Below, piece by piece: positions 1-12,155 of a stretch of DNA of 64,000 bases. The notes beneath the pieces were generated by a model. The model did not search any database and was not told the origin of the DNA. It saw only the letters and a list, made by a program, of their open reading frames with translations. Numbering within the stretch: the stretch's first letter is position 1; each line of letters begins with the position of its first letter. A program made the position numbers and the translations under genes. The DNA is from Guillardia theta CCMP2712 (Eukaryota > Protista > Cryptophyta), in NCBI RefSeq assembly GCF_000315625.1, contig NW_005434648.1, positions 248,001-312,000 of the forward strand, written 5' to 3'.

Positions 1-1179
1 CTCCTTCTTGATCTTGCCCTGCACAAGCTGGATGGGGAGGATGGGGAGTGGGAGAGCTTCGACGGAGTACTCGAGGTACGCCCTGCTGATGGCTTCACCG
101 CCAGCAGATACACAGGAGCATAGAAAAGCCCTCACCTGCCATCCTTGCAGCTGGTGATTGAGTAGATGCCTTCGAACTCGATGAACTCCCTGGACTCTAC
201 CTTGGAGAACTTGAGGCGCTGGAATGGTTCTTCTGTGACCTCCAAGACGATCCTCGTCGTTATCCTCAGGGTCGGCGATATCACTCCGACCTGTTCGATC
301 CGAACTCTCCCATTGGGCTGCAGGATAGCTCCTGCAACAAGCACGCCAAAGCCGTCAGGATGTGACGACAGGAGCAGCATGAGTTAGCTCACCAGATTCT
401 GCGATGTTCGGAATGTACTCGTGCAAGTTGTTGTAGTTGGTAAGAACGTCCCAGATCGCTCTCGGAGGCGCTTCAATGAACAGCCCTCCGCTGATTCGCC
501 GCCTACTGCCGCCCAGGCCCTCGAGCTTGATGTTGATGTCAACGCCGTCCACGTTCTTGACCTCCTTCAGAATCAGCTCAGCTGGTCTGTACATATCGAG
601 CGCTGAATGGACTTGAAGAGTGTCGCCTCGTGAACGTTTTGCACGCACTTTCCTCCTGTTCGATGATTCGACGGCAAGCTTTCCTGCAACCTCTCCCAGT
701 CGAGGTGCATGAGTGGCAAAGCAAGCGGTTGATGTCTCTTGTCGCAAACAAAGACAGGATACAGAGTGTTCACCCACGAGGATGAAGAGGATTGCGATGA
801 GGAAGGGAGCGCGGCATTTTGACAAAAATAGATTTTCAGTTCCAGACCATAAACGCAAACCATTCAAGCTCCATGAGGATTTCCCCGAGGATATTGCCAC
901 AGCAGGAGAAAATTCAACGTCTTGAACAAAGTTTGTGGTCCGAAAGGACGAGATCAGGTCCCTCAGAGATGATGGGGACGAGGGGACGGAGATGTTGGTA
1001 TCACTTAGCACGCAACGGGAGTCGGCTACATGGCAACAAGGGGAGAGGGCAGAGGTGGAGCAGGAGGAAGCATCAGTGGGAGATGGACAGAGAGAGGAGG
1101 AGCGAGGGGAAGGCGAGGAGGTGGCAAGAAACTCTCCATCCTCCCTCCTGCTTCTTGCGCGTCTCCTCCTGTCAGCCAT
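1..1179 (-). CDS. SRPBCC/START-like polyketide cyclase/dehydrase family protein (multi-exon; 3' end runs off the window; start uncertain)
   Basis: Spliced translation RRRISGGLFIEAPPRAIWDVLTNYNNLHEYIPNIAESG / RVRIEQVG...IVLEVTEEPFQRLKFSKVESREFIEFEGIYSI / AYLEYSVEALP matches the algal/plant/cyanobacterial cyclase pattern. Short GT-AG introns lie near 335-390 and 85-135. Confidence 0.8.
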
Positions 1180-1418
1180 GGCGGCCAGAGGGTACCCCGT
1201 CTGGTAAGAGGGTAGTCTGAACCTTCGGGGGTCATGGTGACAACATACCCCTTATCTGCTAAGAGACATCGCTATTAAACTAGGGGTTCAATCCAAATAT
1301 ACAAATTGTGTCGCCAGGTGGGTTGTTGTCAGAAGGGGGTAGGGTGGATCCCCGCAAGTCATAAGGCTCGAAACCACATCCCCGCTCACTAGAAAAACCG
1401 CAAACTTAGTCAAACTCA

Positions 1419-1560
1419 GTGACTGACCCGGAGCCTCACAGTCTCGGACGGTCAGTCAGAGTCCGACCCGGAGGCTCCCGGGCTCGGAGTCAGTGCGACC
1501 GGCCCGGTCGAGCCGACCGAGTCAAGGGCAGTGACTCGTCCAATATCCGATCGGTAACTG
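1419..1560. promoter_or_regulatory. CCGG/GTGAC/GAGTC-rich intergenic island
   Basis: Dense gtgact, gagtc and ccgg words between the SET stop (1631) and the start of gene 1. The same word content recurs in five other intergenic regions. Confidence 0.35.
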
Positions 1561-1630
1561 TTGGCAGCTTTTCAAAGTTTCAATCAAGTTCATGGCGGCC
1601 TTAGGGCGGCCGCCTTTCTCAGTTCCCCAG

Positions 1631-4420
1631 CTACTTGGCTTCAGCCTTCTCTTCCTCTGCGGCAGCCTCCGAGTTTGCGGCTTGCCCCTCGCATGGAGGA
1701 AGCACGAAGCCCCAGCGGTTGAGAGGTTTGTTCCCGCAAAGCTGTTAGTGTGTCAGAGTCAGGTGGGGAGAGAGAGAGCAACTTGGCAAGGGAGGAGGGG
1801 GGTGAAGGTTGACTGGGAGGACAGGGTGCAGCCAACGGAGGACAAAGAGAGTTGGCAGGAAGGTTCACCTTGGGGGAGTAGTTAATCGCAACCTCGTATC
1901 CTCTCTGTAGACCCTCGTCCGCTGCTGTCACGATTATCTGTCATTTAGGTCAGATCAAGCTCGCCTTGCTCCTCCCTTTCGCCGACTGTTGCTGCCTGAG
2001 CGTGCTAGCTGGTCTCCTCCTCTCCTCCCCACTCCTCTCCCCCTCCCCTCCCCTCAGATCTCCCTACCGTCCCGTCCGTCTTCTGCTTCATCTTGCACGC
2101 CAAGCTTGAATTCGAGTCGTGATTCATCATGTCGACAACGGGAACAAGAACCTGCACGGCAGTCAGACAAAGAGAGTCATGAGCGGGGAGAAAGGCAGGG
2201 GGGGGGGAGCAGAGCAGAGAGGATGGGGAGGGCAGGGAGGGGGAAGCAGAGCAGAGAGGAGGGGGAGGGCAGGAGGCAGGAGAAGAGCAGGAGCTCACCG
2301 GCGCCACGTGCGCATCAGATTTGCCAGACTTGAGGGCCTCGAGGACGTTGGCAACGTCGAGGACCTCGGGGTCAGCGAGGCTCCAGGAGTAGCCCAGCAC
2401 GCCCCCCGTCCTCTTCATGGCGATGGAGCGAGAGACGACGATACTGAGGGCCCAGGCCCACTTGGACTTGGTGAAGCGATCCTCCGGGAAGACTTGAGGA
2501 TACTTGAGGATGAGCGGGGCGATGGTGGAGTTGTAGCTGAGAGACGTGTACTCCAAGAGCATCTGCAGCAACTTCAGGCTCCCTCCGTCCTCTTGCTGTC
2601 CTCCTCCCCTCCCCCCCTCCCTCCCTTCTCGTGAAAGGCATAGCATACGAGCTGCGCGCAGGAGTTTCCTAGCAACACGCACCTTCCTCTCCTCGACGAC
2701 CTCCGGCATCCGCATGAAGTCAGCAGGGATGTCAGCGTCGCTCCACATGAAGGGGAGGGGCATGTAGAGCGGAAGGGAGCACAGATACTTCCTCCAGGCG
2801 CTGCACGTCGACGTCAGTGCGGGTTGAGGGCACGCCGGAGCGCAGGCAGGGGACCTCGTCTCCTTGTTCGCTTCGTGCAGGAGGAGGATCATGAGCCCGG
2901 TGAAGCTGTCGATACTCTTCTCCTCGCCGAAGATCTTGGGTGGAGCAGTGAGGAGGGAGCGAGGGAGGTGAAGACAAAACTCTCCACCTTGGACAGCTCG
3001 GGGACGTCTTTGACGGACCAGATGCTCAAGAAGCTGCTGGCGGGAACCTGCCGAAGATACTCAGCTTGAGGCAGTGGAGGGACGAGGGAGGGAGACAGTG
3101 AGGGAATTGGTCACAAAGGAGGAAGAGGAGGAAGGGAGGGAGGGAGGAAGAGGAGGGCAGCAGGATCCAGGGCAACGGTGAGGGCAAGGAAAAGGGTCCA
3201 CCTCCACGATAACGTCGTCCGACTTCATTTCCTGTAGGACAGCAACTCCCCTTCCCCTACCGTCCGCCTGGTCGACCGTCTTAGCCGCATTCGGCCTCTG
3301 CTTCCTTCACCTGGGACTGGTCGAAATCGAAGTCCGCTATCATGATCCCGTCCGCCTGGAGTAGAACATCGTGAGACAAACCTGATTCAACTCCCTGCTC
3401 CCCTCCTCCACCACCATCACGTACTAATCCTCCGTCTCCCACCTTCTCGTTCATGACGACCTTCCCACCCTTCTCCTTGATGAAGCTGACGCTCTCCTGC
3501 GCCCGGGCGATCAGGACGGAAGGCCCGGGAGGCCTTGTTACTCACATCCACATTGCAGAGCGAGATGTTGGCAATCGGGTTCTGAGCCTCGGCCTCGCTG
3601 ACGAGCGTGGAGAGTGCGATTATGTCGGGAGCTGTTGCCCAAGGAAACCTCAGCTGGGGGTGTGGGCAGCGGGAGAGAGGCACCTGAGAGCATCTGGTTC
3701 GTCACGATCTCCATCATCTTCTGGCGAGCGTACGCCAGGTTGCCGTACTGGATGGCTCGCTCGATCTGCCACATCAGCAATGTGAGGGAAACTTCAAGGC
3801 ACCCGCCGCCATGGCGTGAGACCTCGTTGACGATCTCGTGGCTCTCCAGTCCCCTCTCCTGCTCTGCTGTCAGCTCCGGCTCCAAGGAGCACAAGGGAGC
3901 AGAACCTTCACGTTGCGATGTTTGACGTTCAGATCGTCGTAGAAGTCGTCCAGCCGGAAGGTGGCGAGGGGAGCTTTCGACAGGTCAAAGTGCTTCTCGA
4001 TTTCCAGGCCCCTGAGAGAGACCGTAAGAGGTACAAGAGGAGGGGAAGGAGCTGTTAGGAGACGATGACGAGGAAGAGAAGGGGTTTTGAGGAGAGGAGC
4101 AAGAGGAGGGGAAGGGGGAGCGGAGCCTACAGGGACACGTAGCAGACGATTGTGAAGAGCACGGCCACCACAAAGATCATGACTCCCAGAGCGACAGCGA
4201 CTGTGTCTACTCCTTTGAGGAACTGGAAGACCTAAGTGGACGGTCAGCAGATCCCACGGCCTGCTGCGGACGGGCAACCCACCCCCTCTCCCTTCTCCGA
4301 AGTGTCGTCGTCCCCCTCATCGCTCTCTGCACCCGATTTGTCAAGGACGGCGGTCGAAACAGCTCTCAGCCCGCACCCCTCGCTCGTCGTCCTCGAGTCA
4401 GCCGGTTGTTTGCCTTCCCC
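1631..4420 (-). CDS. SET-domain lysine methyltransferase (Rubisco LSMT/SETD3-like) with N-terminal extension; many short introns; start uncertain
   Basis: Motifs GRGRGVAVLQEMKSDDVIVEV, LLLHEANK..AWRKYLCSLP, WAWALSIVVSRS, LVPVVDMMNH, GYEVAINYSPK and a last exon LCGNKPLNRWGFVLP...EAK* (TAG 1631-1633). Confidence 0.8.
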
Positions 4421-4659
4421 ATGACGCCCAGACTCTTAGTAGCTCAAAGAATGAACCGAGCTGCAGGATGCAAATTAGCAGATCTACTAAAATGGAGGTG
4501 TGGTTGGGGGGGGGGCGGGAAGCAAGGAGAGGGTGTATGGAGTGCGGAAAGAATATGCTATTGGTGGAGAGGCAGGACTACAAGGGAAAGACCGAGCGAG
4601 TGAAACGAGGAGAAGATCATGGAAGAGTAACACCCTTCAGCCAAGGGATGTTCAACGAC

Positions 4660-5120
4660 AGTCGGTGATGGGAGGAGGATAATGTAAGGGAGAAGAGGCA
4701 AGTACAAAGATGATAAAGAGGAAAGGGGATAATGGCGATCGGAGAAAGAATACTCGCAGAAAGAGGAAGGAGGGGGGCGGAGGAGAATGTGGGTAGGTGA
4801 GGGGGACAGCAGGGTTCAGGATGGATCAGGTGGAGGAAGGATGAAAGGGAAGAGATTGGAAGTATGGAGGGAAAGGGCAGGAGGAAGGAAGATGGAGGGG
4901 TGGATAATGGGAGGGAAGGAGGGGGTGGAGGTTGAGGGTGGGAGGGAAGGAGGAGGAAGGGGTCGATGATGGGAGCGGAGGAGGGGGTGGGGGTTGAGGA
5001 TGGGAGGGGAGGAGGAGGAAGGGGTGGACGATGGGAGGGAAGGAGGGGGTTGGGAGTGTACGATGAGAGGGAAGGATGGGGGTGGGGTGGACGATGAGAG
5101 GGAAGGAGGGGGTGGGGGTG
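4660..5120. repeat. Purine-rich (GGA/GAG/GGGT) low-complexity tract
   Basis: About 450 nt that is almost entirely A/G on the + strand; it generates spurious Pro-rich ORFs on the - strand. Confidence 0.8.
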
Positions 5121-5199
5121 GGTCTTCTGCTGGATCCTCACCTCACTGACGCTCAGATCGCTTGCATGCCACGCGAGCGAACAGCGAGGCCGAAACAGG

Positions 5200-5480
5200 G
5201 TAAGAGTGGGGATGAGGGCTCTCGGCCCGCTGGACCGTCACACACTCACTGCCAGGCTGGTCACTCACCGTCACCGTGGCACTGTCCCGGGCCCGGTGGA
5301 ATCGCCGGGCGCGGCCGGCTTGAAACGGCTGTCCCCTGGCCGGGCAACTTCAAGCATCAATCCGAGTGAGATATCAGACTGTCTGGCCGCGGGCACTTGC
5401 CCCGGCCCGGGCCTGGCCCGGCTGTCACCGGGCCTCAGTGGTACACTTTGGCCGCCGTGCTGTGAGTGCCGCAGTGTGCT
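5200..5480. promoter_or_regulatory. GC/CCGG-rich island in a divergent intergenic region
   Basis: cccgggcccgg, gtcacc and cagtg words between the divergently oriented SET and Trx-UBX genes. Confidence 0.35.
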
Positions 5481-5979
5481 CACATTTCTATTTTCAACTC
5501 TGAGGCGGGTTCAATGCCCCGTCATTGCACTCAGAGGGGGTTGGGGTACTTGAATGGGAGGTTATGGGCGGAACGAGGGGTCACAAATATATACTTGTAC
5601 CCCTACTATATACTGATATTATTTCTAAAAAGATATGGTGGGTAGTCTTTGAGACTGGGTACAGCCAAAGTGAATTCGATATTGAGGGGTAGGGTAGTCT
5701 TGTGATGGGACGGGTGGGGGTAGTGTTTGCGATGATGGCGAAATTTTGTCCAGGGGAGTGATGAAGAGGCACCTTCAGGAGGAGGAGAGGAGAGGTTGAA
5801 GGAGGAGAGGACAAGATAAACGGAGCAATGGATATGAAGAGACCAGGCTCAAAACTTAAGAGAGAAGTCCTGTATCGTTCAGATCGGCTTGTTTGAAGGA
5901 AGAGCAAGAAGAGCCGGGATTTCTTTTTGATTCTGGTCGGGAAGCCGCCAAAATTGACGACCCTGCCAATCACACGATC

Positions 5980-8900
5980 ATGGCATCTGCAAATACGAGC
6001 AGAGTCAGAATCATCACGACGTTCAATCAGTATGAATCAGGTGCTTGTCTTCACAATGCTCGCAGTCTGCCCGCTCAAGTGATTGGACTTTTCCTTCAGC
6101 TATGTCGGATACAAACTCTGTGGTTGTGATCCTCTACACTGCACCGGTCTGTCGACTCGTAGCATATTCTTGCTGTTCCCAGGAAATTCTCAACCTGATC
6201 TAACATCCATGTGCCTCAGGGTTGCCCCCACTGTAACAGGTTCTTGCCGCAGTACAACTCTATCTCGATCGAGGTACCCCTTGACCTGCCCAAGGGGGAG
6301 GAGACTGACTGTCTGTCGCTCCAGTCTGCATGGAACAACATTTCTTTCTACAATGTAAATATCATGAGCGGCGATGGGCTTGGAATAGCGAGGTAAGCTT
6401 TCCCTGGCACTGCGAGAATTCTGGGATGACGCCCGGGGCAGGCGCAACAACGTCGGAGGCGTTCCGCATACTTCCTTCTACTCCCGTGCCAAGAAGCTCG
6501 GAGACATGAGAGGAGACAGGTGGGAGCGATCGCTGCTGCTATCTGCAGCTCATCGCCATGGTCGGCAGCATCTCGGAGTTTCGCAAGCTCCTTGCCAAGC
6601 ACTTGCAAGACCGCACCTTCGTTGGAGCAGGTGGCCCGTCGATCGCTCGCTCCTCCCGAGCTCTAGGTCGCCTCCTCACCGTATCCTCCAGGATACGTCT
6701 TGGGCTCCAGCGCCAACTCGGAGCCTCCCCGAGCCATGGGGAACTCTCGTGAGGAGAATGCCAAGAAGCTTGAGGTCAGCTGGACAACGACTCGCCTTCG
6801 TCTCCCCTCCCTCACCCTGCAGTCTCTCTCCCCTTCTCCCCTCCTTCACCGAGCATCCCTCTATCTTACGTGAGGGAGTGCAGAAGAAATCCGTGCCGGC
6901 CCACAAGATCGAGGCCTTGGAGGGGATGGGGTTCGAGCGCAGCAAGGCGATAGGTAGAGCTGCCTCCTTCTTCCTCCCGCCGCAAGTTTGAACCTTTGGT
7001 CCAGCTGCGCTGCAGAGGACAGAAGGCGATGTGGACCAGGCAGCTGACATCCTGCTGGGAGGTGGCTCGGCTCAGGTGTTGCCTGCGGGGGGGGGGGATA
7101 GGTGGACACTGAAGGAGGGGCAGGACAAAGCTTGGATCGCTGGAGTGTCCATCGACACAGAGGCATCGGACGCTCAGCGAAGGGTTGGAGGAGGAGGAAA
7201 GTGTTGTGACTTCCAGTCATTCCTGAGCAGGAGCTGGAGCAGGGAAGGAAGTGCGGTATTGGGCTGGTCGGTACCTTGCTCTTCCCTTTCATCATCTGAC
7301 CGGAGTCTCCCCACATGATTTTTCTTTTTCGTCCTCTTCCTCCTGCTCTTCCTCATTCTTCTGCTCTTCATTGTCCTCCTACTCTCCGCTGCTCTTCTGC
7401 TCGCTCTCTTGTCAGGGCCTCGTTGATCACTGGGACAACACTGGGCCCAGAGTCTCAGACGTGGTCCCCTACTCGCCTTCAGGTCGTTGAAGTGATGAAG
7501 AGTTTTCCGCCTCCATGACAGTCTCGCAGCTGAAGCAAAGATTTTCAACAAGGGAGACAAGATTGTTGCGATTGATGGTGAATCCGCAGGATGGGAGGGG
7601 GTGAGGGGAAAGGTGGAAAGGAGAGGACACTGATACAGGGATGGGAGAACGGAAGGAAAGAAAGTGGAGGAGGGTAAGGAGGATCTGACTTGTCGCTCAA
7701 GGGGTGGACGTGCGGGGATTTCGAGTCGACCAGCTCAAGAATCTGATCCTTGGGGCTCCGGGCACGCAAGTGGAGATCTCCTTCGTGTAAGGCTGTCTGC
7801 TTCTTCTGACCGCTACCCCCCCCCCCCACCTCGCGTCCTCTGGTGAGTTGCAAGGCAGGCCTGTCTCGCACCTACGCTGGGGAGGAGGACTGCTAGGAGG
7901 AAACGATTCGAAGGATATCGTGAAGGTTTGTACCGATGAAAGTGTGGGAGGAGGAGGAGGAGGAGGAGGAGGAGGAGGAAGGGAGTTGACCGGAAGAGGA
8001 ATTGATAACTGCTTCCATAGGTCATTTTGACCCGAGAGGTCAGGCTGGATACATGCCTGGCAGGTCGCATGAGGGGAAACAGACTGATTGTTTGCTGAGA
8101 GTGGCTGCAGGAGCGAGAGGAAAGGACGTGAAGACCCAGACGATGAAGAAGAGGGAGGAGCCGGCGTCAGCGAAGCCGGCATGGTACTCGACAGGTTGAG
8201 AGTGCGGCACGAGAGCCATCGGCTTCTCATTCCCTTCCTCTCAGTCTGGCAGGACATCAAATCCGGCTCTGAGCGGATGAGCAAAAGTAGCTGCTCCTTG
8301 CTGTGCGGCCCCTGGCTCACGCCTCCTCCTCCCTACAGACCTGGAGAATGGCTTCAAGTCAGCTGGGGACAAGATCGAGGAGGCAGGCAGCGCCATCGGA
8401 AAGTCAGCCTCGGTGCTGCTGATGGATCGGAGGAGGTGGTGCAGGAGACGAGGAGACTGACCGATGGTCCAGAATGGATGGGAGAAAACCTCCAAAGGAG
8501 CCAAAGAGGTAGCGAAGTCCATCAACGAATCGACGGCTTCTGCAAGCGAGACCATGACGGAGGCGGGAGAGAAAGTGAGATCGAGATGCCCCTCACCCGT
8601 TCCTCCTTCCCTTTTTTTTTTGCCTTTCATGCCTTCGCCCTCCACCCTCTCTTCGCTGATGACTTCGAGCTTCGAGCTGCTGCCATTCAGCACTGACCCC
8701 GACACAGATCAAGGAGGCCGTCGTCGTCGACACAGCCGCTCGCAAGAGGATCGCAGGTTCAGGGAGTGACGCCGAATGTTGATCCTGCTGAAGTTGAGAC
8801 GGCAGAACTCGAGGAGGAGAACAGACTTCTCAGAGAAAGGTTGTCGTCCTTCTCCCTGCTCCCTCCACTTCTCACCTCTCTCTCCTTGCCAGGCTCAATC

Positions 8901-9960
8901 AAGCTGCTTCGAGCGGTTCCAACACGCCGAGCGCCAAGTAGGTCTCCCTTACCTCCTGGCCTCGAGTCTGACGTCTGCCTTGCACCTTTCAGGTCCGACG
9001 GCTCAAGGAGAGGTGAGGGCAGCGCTGCGGGGGGGAAGGGACTTTGATTCTCCTCAGAAGCTTCGTTCCGATTCGACGAGGACGCAAAGTCGAACACACC
9101 ACGAGGTCTTGTTGGATTGATCACCCTGGAAACACGCCCTTCCTCTCCCCCTCCTCTCCCCCCCTCCATGCGTTCCTCCCCTCCATCCTCCTTCCCCTCT
9201 CCCCCGATCTTCTTCTCTTCGCTCTCCTTGTGCTCCTTGCCCTGACTGCTTCATCAGGCGATGGATGCCAGGAAGGAGAGTCAACGGACATCCGCAGCTT
9301 CGCAGCTGAGTCCTTCTCCACTGCCAAGTCGCCTAACGTAAGAGGAGGGAGGAGGAGGACGAGGAGGAAGTGCCTGAATGTTGGCAGGTACCCGAGTGCT
9401 CTATCAGAGTGAGGATGACTGACGGAACGGTTATCGAGAAGAGCTTTCCCTCGTCCACGAAGCTCAAGAAGGTTAGGGTTCTGATCCCCTCCTCCCTCCT
9501 CTTCCTCACGTATCTTCTCCCGTCGCCCTGCCTCCTTGTAACGTTTCACTTCCCATCCTCCCACCCGCTTCTTCCTCGTCCTCCCTCATTGTAACTTATC
9601 TCTTCCCATCCTCCCACCGTCTTCCTCGTCCTCCCTCCTTGTAACTTATCTCTTTCCTGCCTTCCTCCTCCCTCCTGCTCTCTCCTCCTCCCTCCTCCTC
9701 ATGTTGCTGCAGGTGGTTGAGAGCGTTCTGCCCTCGGACGACCTGCGCGAGGAGTGGACTCTGATGCTCCCGTGGCCTCCGATGTCGCCAAGAGACTTTC
9801 CTGACCTGCTCCTCAGGTACCCGAGGAAGATATTCGGCGACGAGGACCTCGACAAGACCCTTCTCGAAGCTTCGCTGGTGCCCTGCAGCTGATCTCGCTT
9901 CCTCTGTGATCCCTCAGGCAGGCACCTGCTGCTACCATGAACGTCACCAAACGGAGATGA
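5980..9960 (+). CDS. Multidomain p97/Cdc48 adaptor: thioredoxin (CPHC) - SHP box - UBA - PDZ - helical/coiled region - UBX; more than 25 small exons
   Basis: Manual GT-AG splicing gives one open frame. Trx: MASANTSRVRIITTFNQYESAMSDTNSVVVILYTAPGCPHCNRFLPQYNSIS...NVGGVPHTSFYSRAKKLGDMRG. SHP: TFVGAGYVLG. UBA: IEALEGMGFERSKAIAALQRTEGDVDQAADILL. PDZ: KCGIGLGL...VSDVVPYSPSAEAKIFNKGDKIVAIDGVDVRG..QLKNLILGAPGTQVEISF. UBX: CSIRVRMTDGTVIEKSFPSS...LPYPRKIF..DLDKTLLEASLAPAATMNVTKRR*. Confidence 0.75.
9549..9651. repeat. Intronic tandem duplication, ~50-53 bp x2
   Basis: cttcccatcctcccacc..cttcctcgtcctccctc.ttgtaacttatct appears twice in tandem inside a UBX-region intron. Confidence 0.85.
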
Positions 9961-10096
9961 TGATGATGTGGTCGGGTCGATCAGGATATGGACAGCGAGA
10001 TGAAACTGAGACAGTGGTAACGGTGCGACTTGTCTCTAATGAATCCTATCAAGTTTCCCCCTCACAAGTCACCTGTGGAACTTCAGTCAACGTCAC

Positions 10097-11434
10097 TCAG
10101 TCCGACGAATCCCCACCTATCCCCAAGTTCTTCCTGAGCTGATTGGCGACAGAGATCAGGTTGTCCCTCTCCAGCCTCCCTCGTATCCCCATCTGCCATA
10201 GGAAAGCTTCAACATCCCTCACCGCAGCTTCCAGCAGACCTCATGTAAGTCTTGAGCTCCTAGCCGGATCAAGCCGCTCCCATCCAGCTCCTGCGTCCCC
10301 CTCCCTCGTCACTCCTCCTCAACGATCCCGACTGTCTCACCTGCTTGTACAAGGCGTGCAGAGTCCCGGGCTGGACGCACTCAGGCCCCAGCTGCTGCCA
10401 CAAGAACTCGTGGACCTTGCGGGGGGGCCAGCACCCAACGTCAAGTTCGCGGCTGGCTGCATAGCGGGGAGTTGCCCGCACCTCCTCCTGACCCAAGGAA
10501 GAGTCTCTCGTCGCGCGATCGTGCAGGAGCTGAGGGCTCGAGCGACTTTCTCCTCCTCCTCCTGCCGACTTCGCGACCCCCTTCTCGGCGAGTGCCCCTG
10601 CCGTCCCTCCAGCCCCCAGGGCCTCCCGTCGGCCGGATGCTCCCCCAGCCAGAACCTCGAGTAGTTAAGGACCAGCTGAGTCTTCACCGCCTCCACCTGC
10701 TCAGCGCTCATCCAGTTCTTTGAGGAGAGGATCGGAAGGTTGCGGCCGTACTTGTACCTCAGCAGCGCCTTGAGCGACTCTTGCCTCCCCTCGAAGCGAG
10801 CGAGGACCCCGGGGACCTGGACTACCTTGGAGGGGTTGACCTTCTTGTAGAAGACCTCCAGCCTCTGTTTCATGGTCTTTGCATCCTCCTCCTCCTCCTC
10901 GACCGACTTTGACCGCCGGAAAGACGTCGAGAGACGAGAACAAGACCCCGGCGACCTTCGCTGAGTCCTGACCGGGGAGCAGGACAGGTTTAGGAGGCTA
11001 GGAGACGACGGACTGTGCGCTCTCAGGATCGATCTCTTCTGTGAACTAGCAAGGGAGGAAGATTGATCAAGGGAAGTCTCCAGCAGCTCAACTTTCTTCA
11101 AGGAATCTTGTATCAGAATGTCCAAGTCCTCCAACTCCTGCTCGGTCTCCTCCAGCGAAGCGTGGACCCGCGTTTCAAAGCGATCCTGCGCGCTGGTCAT
11201 TTCATTGTTCAGGTCTATAAATGTTGCCGAGAAATCGTCATAGCTTTCTGACGCGTCCGAGTCCTCGATAGTATCGAGCAGCAGTTCCGATTGCTGTAGG
11301 TTTTGGATGTGTTCTTCAATCGACCCCAAGTTCGCCTGAATCCTCATCATGTCACTCTGAGAGTGCGCTTCTTGCCTTGCAGCACTCCTGAATGACATCT
11401 GCTCCCTGGCTGTCGTTTCATCCTTCAGGTTCAT
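10097..11434 (-). CDS. Coiled-coil protein with a C-terminal SAM domain and an FY..NP.K...KYG module
   Basis: N-terminal heptad-rich region, then KQRLEVFYKKVNPSKVVQVPGVLARFEGRQESLKALLRYKYG. After splicing, WPPRKVHEFLWQQLG...LYKQELDGSGLIRLGAQDLHEMGIRGRLERDNLISVANQL fits the SAM consensus. Stop TGA at 10097-10099. Confidence 0.65.
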
Positions 11435-12155
11435 AGCGTTCGTATGCTCACATGAGGGAGAGCCTAGGCAACAAAAATTTGAATGTTTGATGGGCTAAAC
11501 GGAGGAAGTTGATTCCAATTTCTCGTCAGTACTTTTGATTCCATTCTCTCGTCCCCTCCCTCACTCCCTCCTCCGCTCGTCCCCTCCCTCACCCTCTCCT
11601 CCTCTCGTCCCCTCCCTCCCTCCCTCCCCCAGCACTCTCCCTCCCTCTGTCACCCGCCGCCATTTCGGCATAGTGACGCCACCCTACCCGCCGGCCCTCT
11701 TTTTGATTTAAAACAAATATTCTTTTTTCATTTTACAAGATTGCTTACTTTTTATAGCACCACCCTACCCACTATTGATTGAGTCTACTTCGCAACGTAC
11801 CCCATCCAGAACAACAATTTCATGCTGTGTGATGGGGTACTTTCGTAGTACCCACCCGGCACGTGCTGCTGTAATTCGTGATTTGAGGGGGTACCTCTGA
11901 GTACCCCTACCCCATCATAGTTGAGGGTGCCAGGTTTCACCCCTTTCAGTGACCCTACCCCTTGATATTTGAGGTAATATTTCTGTTGTGTCTAATTACC
12001 CCTCCATCAAACTGGTTCATTGGGGGTACTTCTACCCCCAAAAGTTCTCAAGCACATCAAGTACCCACCCACCCCACCCCACCCCACCCTCTTTGTCCAA
12101 TCTCCCTCGCCCTACCCTCCGTTCCACAAGTCTCTTGCCAGCCCCCACTCGCGCC

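Noticed and set aside
1592-1885. Plus-strand ORF with a signal-peptide-like start (MAALGRPP...)
   Set aside because: It is antisense to the final SET exon (NKPLNRWGFVLP...*), which explains the sequence better.
4617-5141. 174-aa Pro/Ser-rich ORF
   Set aside because: By-product of a purine/pyrimidine low-complexity tract; no codon or domain signal.
8088-9960. Stand-alone UBX gene starting at MVLDRL (8181)
   Set aside because: In-frame splicing from the upstream PDZ exons reads through naturally (..KPAWYSTVWQDIK..), so I treat it as one gene pending cDNA.
11988-12155. Upstream extension of the ACS ORF from a TTG start
   Set aside because: It is ACCCC-rich promoter/UTR sequence; the signal peptide begins at ATG 12156.
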